Source: Squalus acanthias (Eukaryota). Taken from it: DNA of 64,000 bases. How positions within the stretch are numbered: the stretch's first letter is position 1; each line of letters starts with the position of its first letter. A program made the position numbers and the translations under genes. The notes under the pieces are model-generated. The model saw only the letters and a list, made by a program, of their open reading frames with translations. It made no database searches and was not told the origin of the DNA. Shown here in pieces: positions 47,854 through 61,099 of the stretch. The DNA lies in NCBI GenBank assembly GCA_030390025.1, contig CM059438.1, forward strand, positions 64,854,001-64,918,000, given 5' to 3'.

Positions 47854-48930
47854 CAAAAGAGAAACCTTTATCTTGTCCGTCAACTTCAATTAGATTTCAG
47901 TAAGCATTGATTTTGGTAAATAATCCAAATTAATTAATTCAGAGCAAAGAGCGAAAAACTTTGAACCTATCAAGGAAAGGGCCAGTATCCTGAGAGCAAA
48001 TTAGAAGGCTGTAAAGTAGTTGAGGGCATGTGACAAAATTGTTTAATAAAGCACAGTGAATTTGGAAAATAGTGTTCAGAAACTCAAGATTGTACTTCAG
48101 CTGCACTCCTGTCCAACTCTTACTTTATGTACTTCTGTATAAGTAGAAGTTATATAATGAAATTTCTCCTTGTACAGAAATCATCTAAAGGGACCACTGA
48201 AGTTGTGTTCATTCTCACTTTTCCTATACTTTTGGATATATTGTATCGTGTTTTATTAAAAAAAAGGAAGAGTTGCCATGGAGATTTCAAGATTCTAGTT
48301 TCGTTTTTAATTTGAAGGTTGGTGTTCAAGGTCAGAAGTTTCATCAGGCTTTGCTGTACAGATTGTCTGCTACTGACCTTGGCAGGTTTAATCATGAAAG
48401 TTGACATTGCAGGCCAGAATTATTTTTTAAAAAGTTGGCAAAATTTCTTCCTTTCATTTCTGTGGCATTGTACTGTCAGGATGCCAATTTTTCTGGTGAA
48501 TTGGACATCATAACAACCAGAAGTAGCTGAAGGCATCTATAACGAGGGTGAATGTGCCATGAAGTTCATTCTAACCCTGATGGCGGTTGAGAATGCCTGA
48601 AAGCTTTTAGAAGTGGAGTGCAAGTGGGCTGATGTTTTCATGTTTTAGTCAATGCTCTAAGCTTCCTTGTTCAGAAGTTGATGTCGGTTAGCTTCACATG
48701 TTAGCTCTTGTGTATAACAAAGAGACAAGAGAGCTGTGTATAACAATCTTTGATGTTTCATCCAGATATTAGCAGAGAAATTTTGAGTTGAGGAGCCCAA
48801 GTACCTCTTCCTAGTGTATTAATCAACAGCTCATTTCAAAAGATGGACATCCTGGCTATCTATGAAAATGTTGTAGAGGATGGACACAAATGTGAATGAG
48901 GTGACCAGTTTTAGTGACTTTAGACAGCAA

Positions 48931-49591
48931 GGGGGAAAAATTGGGTCGCGCCCCTTTTGGGGCGCTAACTTCGCCGGGGCGCTAAAAGTAGCGCCCCGAA
49001 AAAGTTAACACTCCTGCGCCGTAAGTTGAGTAGGAGCACCCAAAGCAGGAGGCGGGGCACTACTGGAAGCGATCCACCTCCTTCCTGGGGCGCTACCATT
49101 CAATATCGTGGTGCGACATGCAACAACGCCACACTCGTCGGCACGTAGCGCCCCGGTGTTACAGGCGTCCCGTCCCTGATTAAAGGGGAGGGGCCTAGCG
49201 CAGCGTGCACCGGGGCCCTGCTGGACCACCGGGGAGCGGGGCGCCGGCAAAAGAGCCCAGCACTCAAGAGGAATGCCGGGCTGACCGATCGCGGCCGGCA
49301 CCCCGCATGTAGAAGCGGAAGGGGACAGGTGCTGGCAGGCGGCCCAAAAAAATGGCCGTCCGGCACCTGCTCTTTAATTAGTGCCGCCGTGGCTGCAAAA
49401 ATGCCACCCTGACCCTGTCGGACATATCGTCCGGCGGTAGGTCAGGGGGCGCAAGCAAAGTTTGCGGCTGGGGTGCGAGCGGGGCACTGCACACGGCGAT
49501 GATGCATTAGCGGTGCTGCGCCCAGGCGCTAAGTGCTTTGCGCCCTCCTGGGGCGCTAACGGTAGGCGCAAAGCAACCCAATTTTCCCCCC
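48931..49591. mobile_element. GC-rich Harbinger-type MITE
   Basis: TIR GGGGGAAAAATTGGGT / ACCCAATTTTCCCCCC, CAA TSD. Confidence 0.88.
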
Positions 49592-50948
49592 CAAAAGTCC
49601 ATGAGCAAAAAATGGGTCATCTCAATAGCCTGCCAAACAGCACTGTCATATTAATGGACACATATTACCTTCATACATCGTTGAAGTCGTAAATGGTGTC
49701 AAATAATGTAGAGGTTCCTTAATCATTCCCATTCTTCGCCCACATATCGTGACTACACTTTAAAAAAAGCATTTTGTTGTGAAGCATTTTGAGACAGCAT
49801 AAGGATGTGTTAATTTTTATATAAATTAATCCTCTCTTTATTTCTCTCCACCTTCACCAGTTCCAACCAAGTAATGTTGTTCATATCTGATTGCTACATA
49901 TTTATAGCCAGAAAGAACTCCGTATCCTTGTAGAGAGGAGGTGGACTGATAGTTTCCTGTTATAACATAGTGACGTTTTAGGAAGGAGAAGAATATTGGT
50001 CCATCTACTCTACCCTTCCATTCCTCTCATTGGGTTGCTTACCTGATGCAGGAAATAATAACTCTGTATCCCCTTGCCTAGCAGGAATTTATCCACTCCT
50101 ATTTTTAAATCCTGCCAAGGTTTTCTGTTCTATTACCCTCCGCGCCCCGCGCCCCCCAACACACAGACCCACTACTGGTAATCTGTTCCACAATTCACTT
50201 GCCCTCTTAATTTAAAAATAGTTGCTTAAATTCCGATTTTCCTTTTGACCCCCTGCCTGATAAAGAACTCCCTTTCTTTACTCCTGAAGAACACGTGGCC
50301 TTGCAGATCTGTTGCCCACATCCTCAGTAACTTCAACAACATCTATGGGCTCCCTAATAATCATCAACATCCAGCTCAACTATTTTATTTCTTTATGCTC
50401 TTGGCATTCACGTAAAGACATCTTTGTTTATCCTTTATCCTGTTTGTTCCAAGCAGATGATTCCTTCCTAACAATTACTCTATGCTGTTATGCCCTTCCC
50501 CCTCCTCCTGCTTTCCTTATTTCAATACTTCCCAGCTATCAGCCAAGACGAATGTGCTTCCTCAATTGAGCTGAAAGCCGTCCCGATGGTACAGCTTCAT
50601 CCATAAGTGGTCTTGGTGGTCCATAAATTTGAAACCCCTCCCCTTAAAGTCCATGGCCGGAATTTTCCCTACCGAGTTGGGTCGGATGTGTGCGGGTCGC
50701 GTTGCGGGTCGGTACCGCGATGTCTTGATCAGCCTGCTCTTCAGAGCGACTTTAGCATAATGGCCCCTGTTAAGGCAGACATGTGCGTTTCCCAGCTCTA
50801 TTAAACGGTGTGAGTCTGATGAGGTCGTCGATGACTTGCTTCCAGCGGGGATATTTAAAGCAGCCTCGGCCACATCTCATTTGAATGTACATGTGGGAGT
50901 GTGCAGGGAGTATTGGAGAGGAGTGTGTTGTTGCTGAGAATTGTAAAA

Positions 50949-52767
50949 ATGAGTTCACAAAGACAGAGGACTGCACCCAGCTTTTCGGATGATTGCTACA
51001 TATTCTTGTGCAGGGAGTCAGAGGCAAGCAGGGAGGTCCTCTTCCCTGCTGAAGGGCGGAAGCGACCTCCCCAAGAGACCAAAGGGGCATGGCTCCAAAT
51101 TACTGAGGAGGTCAACAGCAGGGATATTGTCAGGAGGACCTGGGAGCAGTGCCGGAATCGCTGTAATGATCTCATTAGATCAGGAAAGGTGAGTGCAAAG
51201 CCACACTCACCTTCATCCTGATATGCCTGTCACCACATCCCCATCACTCTGCCTTCCCAACCCTACTCCTGCACATCATTCCTCACACCAACATACCTTG
51301 CACGCCCATCCATTCCTCTAATCACCCCTCACACTCACCCTCATCCTAATGCAATCATACCAAGCAATACCACAGAAGGAGGCCATTTGGTATTGGCACC
51401 ACACTCCCTCATAGTCACGCTCTACGGATGTAACCCACACATTCCTTACACTTATTCCATCACTCTCACTCAAACTTCTCTTCTTTCCCTCCTTGCAGGA
51501 GAAGAGAGCCCACATCAACAGGGAAAGGGAGAGAACCGGAGGTGGCCCTCCATCCTTCAGTACCTTAACTGCAGCAGAGGAGGTGGTGCTGGAGGTCCCG
51601 AGAGTTGCGGAGCAGCTGACAGTGGGAGACAGAGAGAGGGGGACCTCTCAGCAACCTAGTGACAGAATTACATCTCATACAGCCACATGGCATACAGCAG
51701 TCACTCAAATGGTGACTGATGTCAGCAGCCAGTGAATGTCCATCATGTGCATAATGGTATCGTTACCAATTCTAAATATAACACTTCTAAATCATCTCTT
51801 TACTCTCCCACAGGTCCATCAAGAGCCTCCCCCTCCACTGTTCAGACAGAGGAGGAAGACAACTCCTCACAGGAACCTGCACCCTCTGAGAGTGCACCAT
51901 CAGCAGACCTAAGCGCGCCCAGCACCACCGCAGTTACGCACACCTCGGTGGTCCCGGTGCGAGATAGAGTAGTGTTGTCACCTGGTGTCTCACGTTTCAC
52001 AAGTGAGCAATAGCAGATGGTGTTGACATGGACAGCTGTGGAGACTCCTCGCCGGAGGGCACAGGATGCTTCAAGCTCTGCTGAGCTGCATGCAGACACT
52101 GAGCCTCGGGGGCCATCGAGAAAGAGATGATCCAGGGGGGCAAGAATTGCAGGAGGCTCGGGCAGGTTTTGTTGCCGCACTGTCTGCAGATGTGCAGAGA
52201 ATGGAGGAGTCCATCTCCAACATGAGTACCACCATGTTGCAGGCGATGGCGACGATGTGCTATTCCATGGAAAGGATGGCCACCTGCATGGAGCAGCTAA
52301 TGCGCCACTCACAGGGGCACATGCGAGCAATGGAGAACAAATGGCAGAGGCTCACAGGCCTCTTCTCTAGGAGGGATCTAAACGTAGATTTGGGTCCTCA
52401 TGGTCCCACTGCTGTGCAGCAAGGTGCTCTCCAGGGAAGTGCAATGGCCCATGAGAGGGATGCTGGTGAGAGGGGACATAGAAGTGGGGGCTCCTCTCAA
52501 AGCGCTCCCACTTCTGCCCCATTGCCTCCCTCTTAGTCAGAGCCCCAGATGCTTCCTTGGATCGCGTTGGCTGAGTCTGCCCCTGCACAGTCGCAGGAGA
52601 AGCTGTCTTCGGCGGGGCCCTCACAGGCTCCAAAACCCAGAGAATGTCTGCCAAAAGTGTCTACGCAGTCACAGCGGGGAAGTGAGCAGGCTGCCTCTAC
52701 CTCTGCTGGAGCCACAGGGGTTGCACCTTGTAGAAGCACACGTAAAAGAAAAAAGCCACAATCCTAA
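50949..52767 (+). pseudogene. Harbinger ORF2 Myb/SANT-like protein (three exons), disrupted
   Basis: REVLFP...AWLQITEEVNS...RTWEQCRNRCNDL; donor AAG|GTGAGT at 51188, acceptor CAG|GAG at 51499 (EKRAHINRERERTGGG), exon 3 from ~51814; ends RSTRKRKKPQS; internal stops and frameshifts. Confidence 0.85.
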
Positions 52768-53065
52768 TTGCACAAGGGTATGCACATGGGTGTATAAAGA
52801 AGTGCTATTGTTAAGGTTCCGTTACTGTTATCACACATCTAAAAGTTTATCTTCGCCAATTTCCGCTCATGCCCATTTTTGTCTGCTACTTTGAAAGTGG
52901 CTTTGTGAGTTGGAGTGAATGGTGAGACATAACGTAACCTCCAGCAATGCAGGTCAGTGTGAAGGGAATGGCTTGGTCATTGTATGGATGCTTTATGGTG
53001 TTTTTGAGGGGGGCGGGGGGAACTTGGTACAGCATGTGGCAGCCATATGGGTGCAATGCAGGAAG

Positions 53066-53868
53066 TTAAGTAAATCTGGCCATGATGAGGCCATCCCTGG
53101 CCTCCCGGGCAGCAATGTGCTCCGCTGCTGCTGCCATCTGGACAGCTGCCAGGGAATTTGGCACACACATGCAGGACGAACTTCCTATGGTTGCAGACGA
53201 GCTGCACATTGAGGGAGTGAAAGCCCTTGCAGTTGACAAACACTCCTGGGTGATGTGGGGGTGCCCTGATTGCCACATGTGTGCAGTCGATAATGCCCTG
53301 CACCCGTGGGAAGCCAGTCAGAGCGGCAAAGCCAAGCGCACGCTCACTAACAATGGCTTCATCAGTGGCAAAGCTCACATAATTGGCTGACTTGTTAAAC
53401 ATTGCATCGGTGACCTGTGTGATGCATCTGTGGGTGGCCGACTGCGAGATGCGCAAACGTCTGCTGCAGATCCCTGCAAGGAGCCTAAGGCGAAGAAGTT
53501 GAGTGTGCTGGTGACTTTGACAGCCACTGGTAAGGAGTGTCCACCAGGTCCTTTGGGCAGCAGGTCTTGCTCCAGCAAGCTGCAGATGTCTGCAATGAAC
53601 TGATGGGTAGCCTGAGCCTCCTTTGGCACTGCTGCTCAGTCATGTTGAGGAAGCTCATCCTCTGCCTGTATACCCTGTGTTGGGGGTATCGCCTCTGGCA
53701 CAATGCAGCCCTGCGTTGATGCCCTCTGTCCTGTGGAGCATCAGGTCATTGAGGAGAAGGTTGGTGCTGTTGGTGCTGCTGCTGGTGGTATGCCTGCTGC
53801 TGCTGGTGGAGGGGCTCATCCTGGTCCAATTCTGAGGACCAAGGTGAGACAGTATAAGCGGCACCCAT
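53066..53868 (-). pseudogene. Harbinger transposase, deleted and frameshifted
   Basis: GIIDCTHV and [12 protein letters not shown] are present; KFPGSC is joined almost directly to the C-terminal [17 protein letters not shown] near 53140. Confidence 0.9.
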
Positions 53869-56157
53869 GCTGATGTAATAGATGGCAGGCCAAGTAGAGA
53901 TCAGAGGACCAATCTGTCAATGTTGTGATAGTTACTAGCACTGTGGTGAGAGTGGCTTCCGAGGTTGCAGAAGAGATGTGCAAACTCTAGACGCCTAAAT
54001 CTGTGCTCAAAATGGAGTCAGCAAGAGCCTTTTTCTTAGGCAAGTAAGCAGGTTTCATGTGGGAGTATTTATTTGTATTTCTGAGCTCTCCATGAATGAT
54101 CTCGCTCAATGGCCACTGAGCTTCCGCCTCACGTTGACAGACAAGGTTCCCGAGCTGCGTGATTCCCATGGTCATCCAGTAAAAATCAAAAGGTCTGGTT
54201 AAAATCCCTGTATAGGGTCTCACACCAAGGATTTAATGAGCTTAATTAGGTCGCCTGCCTCTGCCGTTTGGGTCCATAGTGCGCTGGCAAACGCGCCCGA
54301 GTTAAAGGTGCGAGGAGACGGGATGACAGCGCGTTCCCGACACGCTCGCAATTTCTGCAACTTTTACTGCCGACCATCCTCCAAACCCACATGTCCGGCA
54401 GCGGGAAAATTCCAGCCCATGTGTTGCGCCACAAATTGACCGACCTAATCTCCCACTTTCTAATAGATTCAGAATCTGGTACAGGGTGTAATCTTGAGAT
54501 TACCACCCAGGAAGTCCATTTCTTCAACTTTTTCCCCAGCTCCTGAATTTCCCTTTGTCTGACCACCATTATACACCAACCGTCATTGTTTGTTCCTATC
54601 GAAAGCGTGTGGTCAAGTCCTAAATCCTTCTACTCGGAAAGCAACTTACCACTCAGGACTCCAAGTCGTGCTTGCAGAAGATCCGATCAATTCCTCTTAC
54701 GATGGAGTCCCCTATAGCTGCAATGTTACCTTCCCCTTAAATAACTACTTGTTCCCTTGTGCCACTGGCCTGCTCAGGTTACCATCCCTGGTGTTTCCAT
54801 CATTGTTAGCATCCAGTGCTGAAAATCTGTTGGACAACTCACATTCCATGTTTGCGCCTACTTGGATTTAGGTTTTCTCCACTGACTTATCGATCAGTTC
54901 TTCACAGTGCTGAAGATCATCTATTTGCTGGTCCACTATGCACGTCTGTTTCTATCTACCTTCTGTGATTGACTCACTGCTTGTATTTTAGATGAGGAGT
55001 TAACCATTCTACATATAGTCTTGTATCAAGTGGATCTTTGATGAAGATGAGGAATTGAGAACAAACAGGTCAGAGCCAACAGTGAAGAGACCAGTTATGC
55101 TGCAATCCATAGAGAGGTCTACTAAATTTGATGTGATAATGTGTCCTGTGACACAAGATTTTGCATTTCCAACTTTGTTTCTAGCAATTTTGTAAGAGGT
55201 TTTCTACCAACTCTTTAGACCTACCCCCCACACCCATACTTTGCTCCATACCTCTCCTGAACAGGAAGGTAAGCAATGTTCCCAGACCCTCAATAATACT
55301 GTACTTCTAGCTGGGCACAGACATTTTGGAAATGCGGCTCTCTTGCCTCTAACTTTCCCATAGCACTTTGGGGAAACACTTTGCCTGAGATCATCATCGT
55401 GGTAAAGGCAGTGTTGTGCCGTTCAATGGCACAGGTGAGTTGCACTGAGGGACTTGTTATGTCTTTGGATTTGACATTGGATATTCTACTTGGATTCAGC
55501 ACCATCACCTACTCCTTTAAATAGACCTTACAACCCTGACAATCTGAAATGTACTTTTACCTACTCAGTATCAAGGTAATCAATAGTGAGAGATTGAAGA
55601 GAGAACCCCTGCCACTGTTCAATGGCTTACTGAAATGTACCACATCCTGCCATGTGATTCTTCTTGTCTTTTGTAGGTGGATTAAATATATATTTCTATC
55701 AGGTTATACACCAACAGATTTATTGAACAAAGAACAGGTAAATTAACAATACTCAATACAAAACAGTAACTATTTACAGTAACTTACAAACCTTGATCTC
55801 CTTCATGATGTATCAAAAACAGCTAAGATGGTTCTCCGAATGATTTTGCAACATAACTAGATCCTTGAAAATGGTTATTCACTTCTTCTGTGGCAAATCC
55901 TATCACTGAGTCAAACTATCCCAGACTCTCTTGTGGCTGAGGACTGACTGGTTCCTCTCGGGCAGCTCCAGATCTAACTATAGTCAGAAGCCCTGACTCT
56001 AGAGCTGCCCATCAAAGAACTAAAGCCAATCATTAACCTTGCCCCTTTACAGGTCTCTGACACAGCTGTCAATCAAAACCACAAGCCTCGCCTGGCGTGG
56101 TATTCAATCTATACCTGATAACCTGAACTTCATCAGGTGTAGATTGAACAGCAGAGC

Positions 56158-56695
56158 TCTAATTTTAAGATTATGTCCTCTTGCTCTGGATTCCTCCACC
56201 TGAGGAAATAGTTTTTCTGTATCTAGCTTATCGAATCCCTTTATCATTTTACACACCTCAATTAGATCGCCCGCAACCTTCTAAAGTCAAAGGAATGCAA
56301 ACCAGGTTTATGCAACTTGTCCTCATAATTTAACCATTTATGCCCTGGTTTCATTCTGGTGAATCTGCGCTGCACCCCCTCCAAGGCCAATATATCTTTT
56401 CTGAGTTGCGGTGCCCAGAACTGACCAAGGCTGTGTACAACTGAAGCATCACTTCCCCAATTTTGTATTCTATCCATCTTGTGATAAAGGCCAACATTCC
56501 ATCAAAGTTTTTGATTGCTTTTTGAACGAGTGCACTAGCTTTTTGTGATCCGTGCACATGGACACACACATCCCTTTGCTCCTCCACAGCTCCTAGATTC
56601 TCACCATTGAGAAAATTATTCTGATTTGTCTTTCTCGGATCCAAAGTGGATGACCTCACACTACCCCACACGTTGAACTCCATCTGCCATAGTTT
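56158..56695 (-). mobile_element. CR1 LINE fragment
   Basis: QFWAPQLRKDILALEGVQRRFTRM. Confidence 0.88.
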
Positions 56696-57461
56696 TTCTC
56701 AGCATTAGACAGATGGCGAAACAGCTCACAGATTACTTGAAAATGCCCTAATTAATGCAATAATGATAAGATTGATACTCTATGTGCTTGTTTAAAGCCT
56801 AACGAGCTCTATATAAGTGCAGACTTTGAAGGCTCCTCTTTAATTTTTGTCATGTAATAGGCCATATGTAATGTATATCTTTATTTGATAGGCAGGCTGT
56901 TGTTACACTGAGCCAGTTTAATTGCCCAAATTTTTTAATGATTTCCCCCCTCTTTGAATGTTTCTTATTTAAAAGCAATGGTAAATCGCCATCCGTACCG
57001 ACATCCCTAAGTGATCTGATCTGTACCCGGAAAACATCTTTTCAATGTCTGTCTCTGGCCAATAAAGAATTCAATCATTTTCGGAAAGTTTCTCACACTA
57101 AGCAAGACTGGCTGTGGGGACATGTAGGTTTGCTGTGATCTAACGTGATTAATGTTGGAGTAAGTTCGGGAACACCCACTGCTCCCTGTCAATGAGATCT
57201 GTATTGAACTGACCTCATTAAATTTCTTCTGCTGGCTCCTAATGAACCCACCTGCAGGAAAGTAGCTCAACACCCGATAATTGCGTACATGCTTTGTATA
57301 ACTTGGCAAAATCTTTACACACATTTTAAGTAAAGTTGCCATCAATTGCTTTCCAGTGCAGCCCTAATTTGTTCTAGCCCTCTCTCTGCATCGAAACACA
57401 TAGAAGTTACAACACGGAGGCAGGTCATTCGGCCCAACCAGTTTGTGTCAGTGTTTAGTTT

Positions 57462-57912
57462 TAGCTGTGGCTCCGTTGGTCGCACACTCGCCTCAGAGTC
57501 ACAAGTGTGTGAGTTCTAAGTCTCACTCCAGGGACTTGTAACACATAAAGCTAGGCTGACACTCCAGTGGAGTGCTGCACTGTCGGAGGTGCTGTCTTTC
57601 AGATGAGATGTTAAACCGTCTGCCCTCTAAGGTGGGTGTAAAAGATCCCATGGCACTATTTCGAAGAAGAGCAGGGGAGTTATCCCCGGTGTCCTGGCCA
57701 ATATTTCTCCCTCGACCAACATAACCAAAAAACAGATTATCTGGTCATTATCACATTGCTGTTTGTGGGAGCTTGCTGTGTGCAAATTGGCTGCCGCGTT
57801 TCCCACATTACAACAGTGACTACACTTCAAAAGTACTTAATTGGCTGTAAAGTGCTTTGAGACGTCCGGGGGTCGTGAAAGGCGCTATATAAATGCAAGT
57901 CTTTCTTTCTTT
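57462..57912 (+). mobile_element. Deu-domain SINE (SacSINE1-like), full length
   Basis: Head, Deu core and (TCTT)n tail. Confidence 0.9.
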
Positions 57913-59468
57913 ATCCTCCACGGGAGCATTTCAACACACGGGTTTCAAGGGCCAAGAGGGTTGGTCTTTTGTAATTCTTGCATACACATAACTGATAAGC
58001 TGTGTATCTTGTAGCAGATGTCTGAATGCCTTTCTCCAGATAGTAAATCATGCCAGTTCAGAAGCTCAATGGCTCTTATGAGAGCGGTGACTCGCCATTG
58101 TATTTTTTTCAAACTTATGAATTCATTGTAAAACGTGTTATCCTTTTGCACTGTTCATAATAATTCCATTAATGACCATTTGGAATGGCGCTGTGTAGAA
58201 GAGTATTAGTTTCTGCAGTACAGACTAAAATAATTCACGGCCCCAAGCATAAATTACGTGAGTGTTCCTTTCATTATCTGCATCCATATTTTAATAATAC
58301 AATATCTTGTATGGCAGTAGAATATATTACAAAGTTGTCAACTGCAAAAGGAATTCAGAGGTTGTCTAAATGTACTTTATTGATAGGAATAGGCAGTTAA
58401 ATACATAATTCAAATGGGAATAAAAAAGTTTGCTCAAATCATTGAAACAATTTTTGTTTCAAGTCACAAGATTGCTGTCAGAGTGGTGTCATAAAGTCTG
58501 ATATCATGTGATATTATTACTTGTATAAGCAGTACACCCTGGCAATGAAGTCAGGATCAAAGACCAATTGCACTAAATGAATTGTAACCCTGTGTTGTGG
58601 CGAGGTCCCTTTCAGATTTAGATGCATAGGGAGTAGCCACCATAAGGTAACAGGAACAAATGATCGAAGCATAATGTTGCTTTAAAATCAGCCAACACTG
58701 GCCTGATAGAGCAGTCAGCAAAAAAAATGTGTTCCTGTCCCAGACATGAACTGGTTTGTAAGTCGAATAGTGTTGCACAAGATAGTGCGATTTGTAATGA
58801 AGCAAGGTAAATAAACTAACTGGAGAACGATTTAAAAGATGCAAAGAAGGTCCAAACTGGAATGGCTCAATAACTGAGTGGTGGAGTAGGTTAGATTTAT
58901 TTGCCTTTCATTTCTTTAACCTGGAGATGAGTACAGCATGATCCTAGTGGGACAAAAGTCTCTCTCTTCAGTAAGGGCCGCAATTTTTTTGAGACGTGAA
59001 TGCGGTTTGACAATAGTTTCTGGTGGGTCCCGGTCAAGAGCTGAAAACTACCCACAATTTGGGGTTAAATTTGTAGGCTCACTCTGAGAAACCACAGAAC
59101 AGGTGTTACGGGAAATTGAAATATCACATGGTACGTAAGGGGTACTATTCTGAAGCTGGGGTTGAGGTGCATTGTTTGGACCGTGACGAGGGAACTTTAC
59201 GCTCGTCTGATGAGTACTGTACCTCACACGAGCCTGCTTCAAGCTGATAGTGGATGCACAAAGTGTTACTGGTCCCATTCAACCCAAAATCTACTCCTGT
59301 GTGAACATTGGCTGCCATGATGCCAACAGGACACTGTTTACTGCACTTCAGTAGTAACTTAGCCACTCCAAAGCACGTGGGAACATCTTGAGAGGTGAAA
59401 TTTTAAATCCAAGCCTGTGCGTTCTTTTTCCATCAACATTCTTGGTCTCACTGTCTCTGCTGACCTCG

Positions 59469-59679
59469 AATGTGAGAAGTCGCACAACACCAGGTTATAG
59501 TCCAACAGTTTTATTTGAAATCACAAGCTTTCGGAGCGCTGCTCCTTCGTCAAGTGAAGAAGGAGCAGTGCTTCGAAAGCTTGTGATTTCAAATAAAACT
59601 GTTGGACTATAACCTGGTGTTGTGCGACTTCTCACATTTGTCCACCCCAGTCCAACACCGGCATCTCCACATCATGGCT
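59469..59679 (+). mobile_element. Non-coding palindromic Penelope pseudo-LTR insertion with two hammerhead arms
   Basis: 59469-59638 is a 170-bp near-perfect palindrome homologous to the pLTR at 3560-3652, followed by the tail seen at 1505-1546; TSD ACCTCGAATG at 59463-59472 and 59680-59689. Confidence 0.9.
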
Positions 59680-61099
59680 ACCTCGAATGGAACACTCAAA
59701 TCAACTGAGTGGTGAAACTGTCTCCAAGCAGCTCGGACCTTCTTCACACCCATCACTTTCCTATTGCCTTCAACAGCTCTTAATTCTCTCTGCAGCCCAA
59801 GCCCCACCAAGACCTGAATACTGCTGCCAAATGTGGGGAGGCTCCTCAAACATCCCTCTTGTGCACCTGGACAGGATACAAGGAAAAATCTCAGCTTCTG
59901 TCAGGTGCATTTCTTTCTCGCAGCTAGCCTCTAACCTTTCTCATTCTGTTGCAAAGATTCCTGTGTATCTCATCCACTTCCCAGTTACAATTCTGTATGT
60001 TACCACCTACTATTTTGCTCAGTGCTCCGGCATACTTGCAACCTCAATTTATGCATCTAAAAACTAATGAGAAAGAAATCAACTCACACTGAGTATGCGT
60101 TGTGAATGGATGTGTGTCTGTTGTGCTGGTGGTCACTTGTTTGCGTGCAGTAGGTGGAGATGCAGTCAAACAAATAACAATGGAAAATGATTCTGTCCAG
60201 TGATGAGTCCAAAATAGACGTTAAATATCAGAATACCGATAGAAATGCTGGTAGTTCTTTACTTGTTGTCACTGGAGTGGCACATTGCTGCAGTAATAAA
60301 AGATGTGATCCACATCTGATTATGGAGCCCTTATGAGTGAACAATGTCAAACATAGCAGTCGGGGAAGGGTATAGCTTTACTTTCTTCCGTAGGAGCTGG
60401 TTAACTATTCACGGTGATGACAAGGATGCACGGTCTCTGGAGATACTGGGATGCTTCAACCAGAATGCACAAAGCCAGGTTCAGCTGAACATAAACTAGT
60501 TGATGTGAGACAAAGCATTAGCGAGCGGGAGGATTTTCTCAGCCTGTAAGGAATGCTCAGGGGATTGCTGTCTTCCTTCCAGAATGCCTTCAACAGCAAA
60601 ATAAATTACTTCATGTATCAGCACCACAACTTCTACCAATGAAAATTCCTGGAACAAGGTACAATGAGGGTGCAAATCTATGAGGCCTTGCTGCCACTGG
60701 GGATTCTCACCCACAGGAGGCACAAACCGGAGATTCAAGCACACCGCCCTTGGTTTTCTGGGCAGTCATTCTTAATGGTCAGGACATTTTTAGCAGTGTA
60801 CCCCTGAATTTCTGAGGCTCCTTGGCAGCAGTGTGGGTCCTTGTTAACTCCAGCAATAATGGGCCCCTGATTTACTCCTTGGCAGACTTATGTCCTGTTT
60901 TTTTTATTCTTACAATTTTTAAAGGGTGAAAGCTGAGATTTCTCTGTGCATTAGAATGGTTAGTGAGTCATTGGTATTCTTTGTCTTGTAATTTACTTGT
61001 GTGGAATTGTGCCCGTGTTACAATGTGACATGTTTAAAGTTCGGCACTTGCCAAAGTCCCGTCATGATGTATAGGTAACGCTATGTATGTCTTTGGAAT

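Larger units (their letters stand above)
50655..54417. mobile_element. PIF/Harbinger transposon with internally deleted transposase
   Basis: TIR GGCCGGAATTTTCCC / GGGAAAATTCCAGCC, CAT TSD; opposite orientation to 33836-39165. Confidence 0.93.

Noticed and set aside
50817..50845. CTGATGA-GGTC...GACT hairpin in the Harbinger subterminal region
   Set aside because: Lacks GAAA and stems I/III; it is the TGATGACGTCA-like subterminal motif shared by these transposons.
59200..59235. CTGATGAGTAC...GTAC near the PLE palindrome
   Set aside because: No GAAA core; not a hammerhead.
60198..60225. GTGATGAGTCC...AGACG hammerhead-like string
   Set aside because: C3 and GAAA are missing and stem II is mismatched.
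60393..60800. Candidate exon or decayed LINE ORF
   Set aside because: Stops in the frames examined and only a vague resemblance to a LINE C-terminus; cannot be supported.
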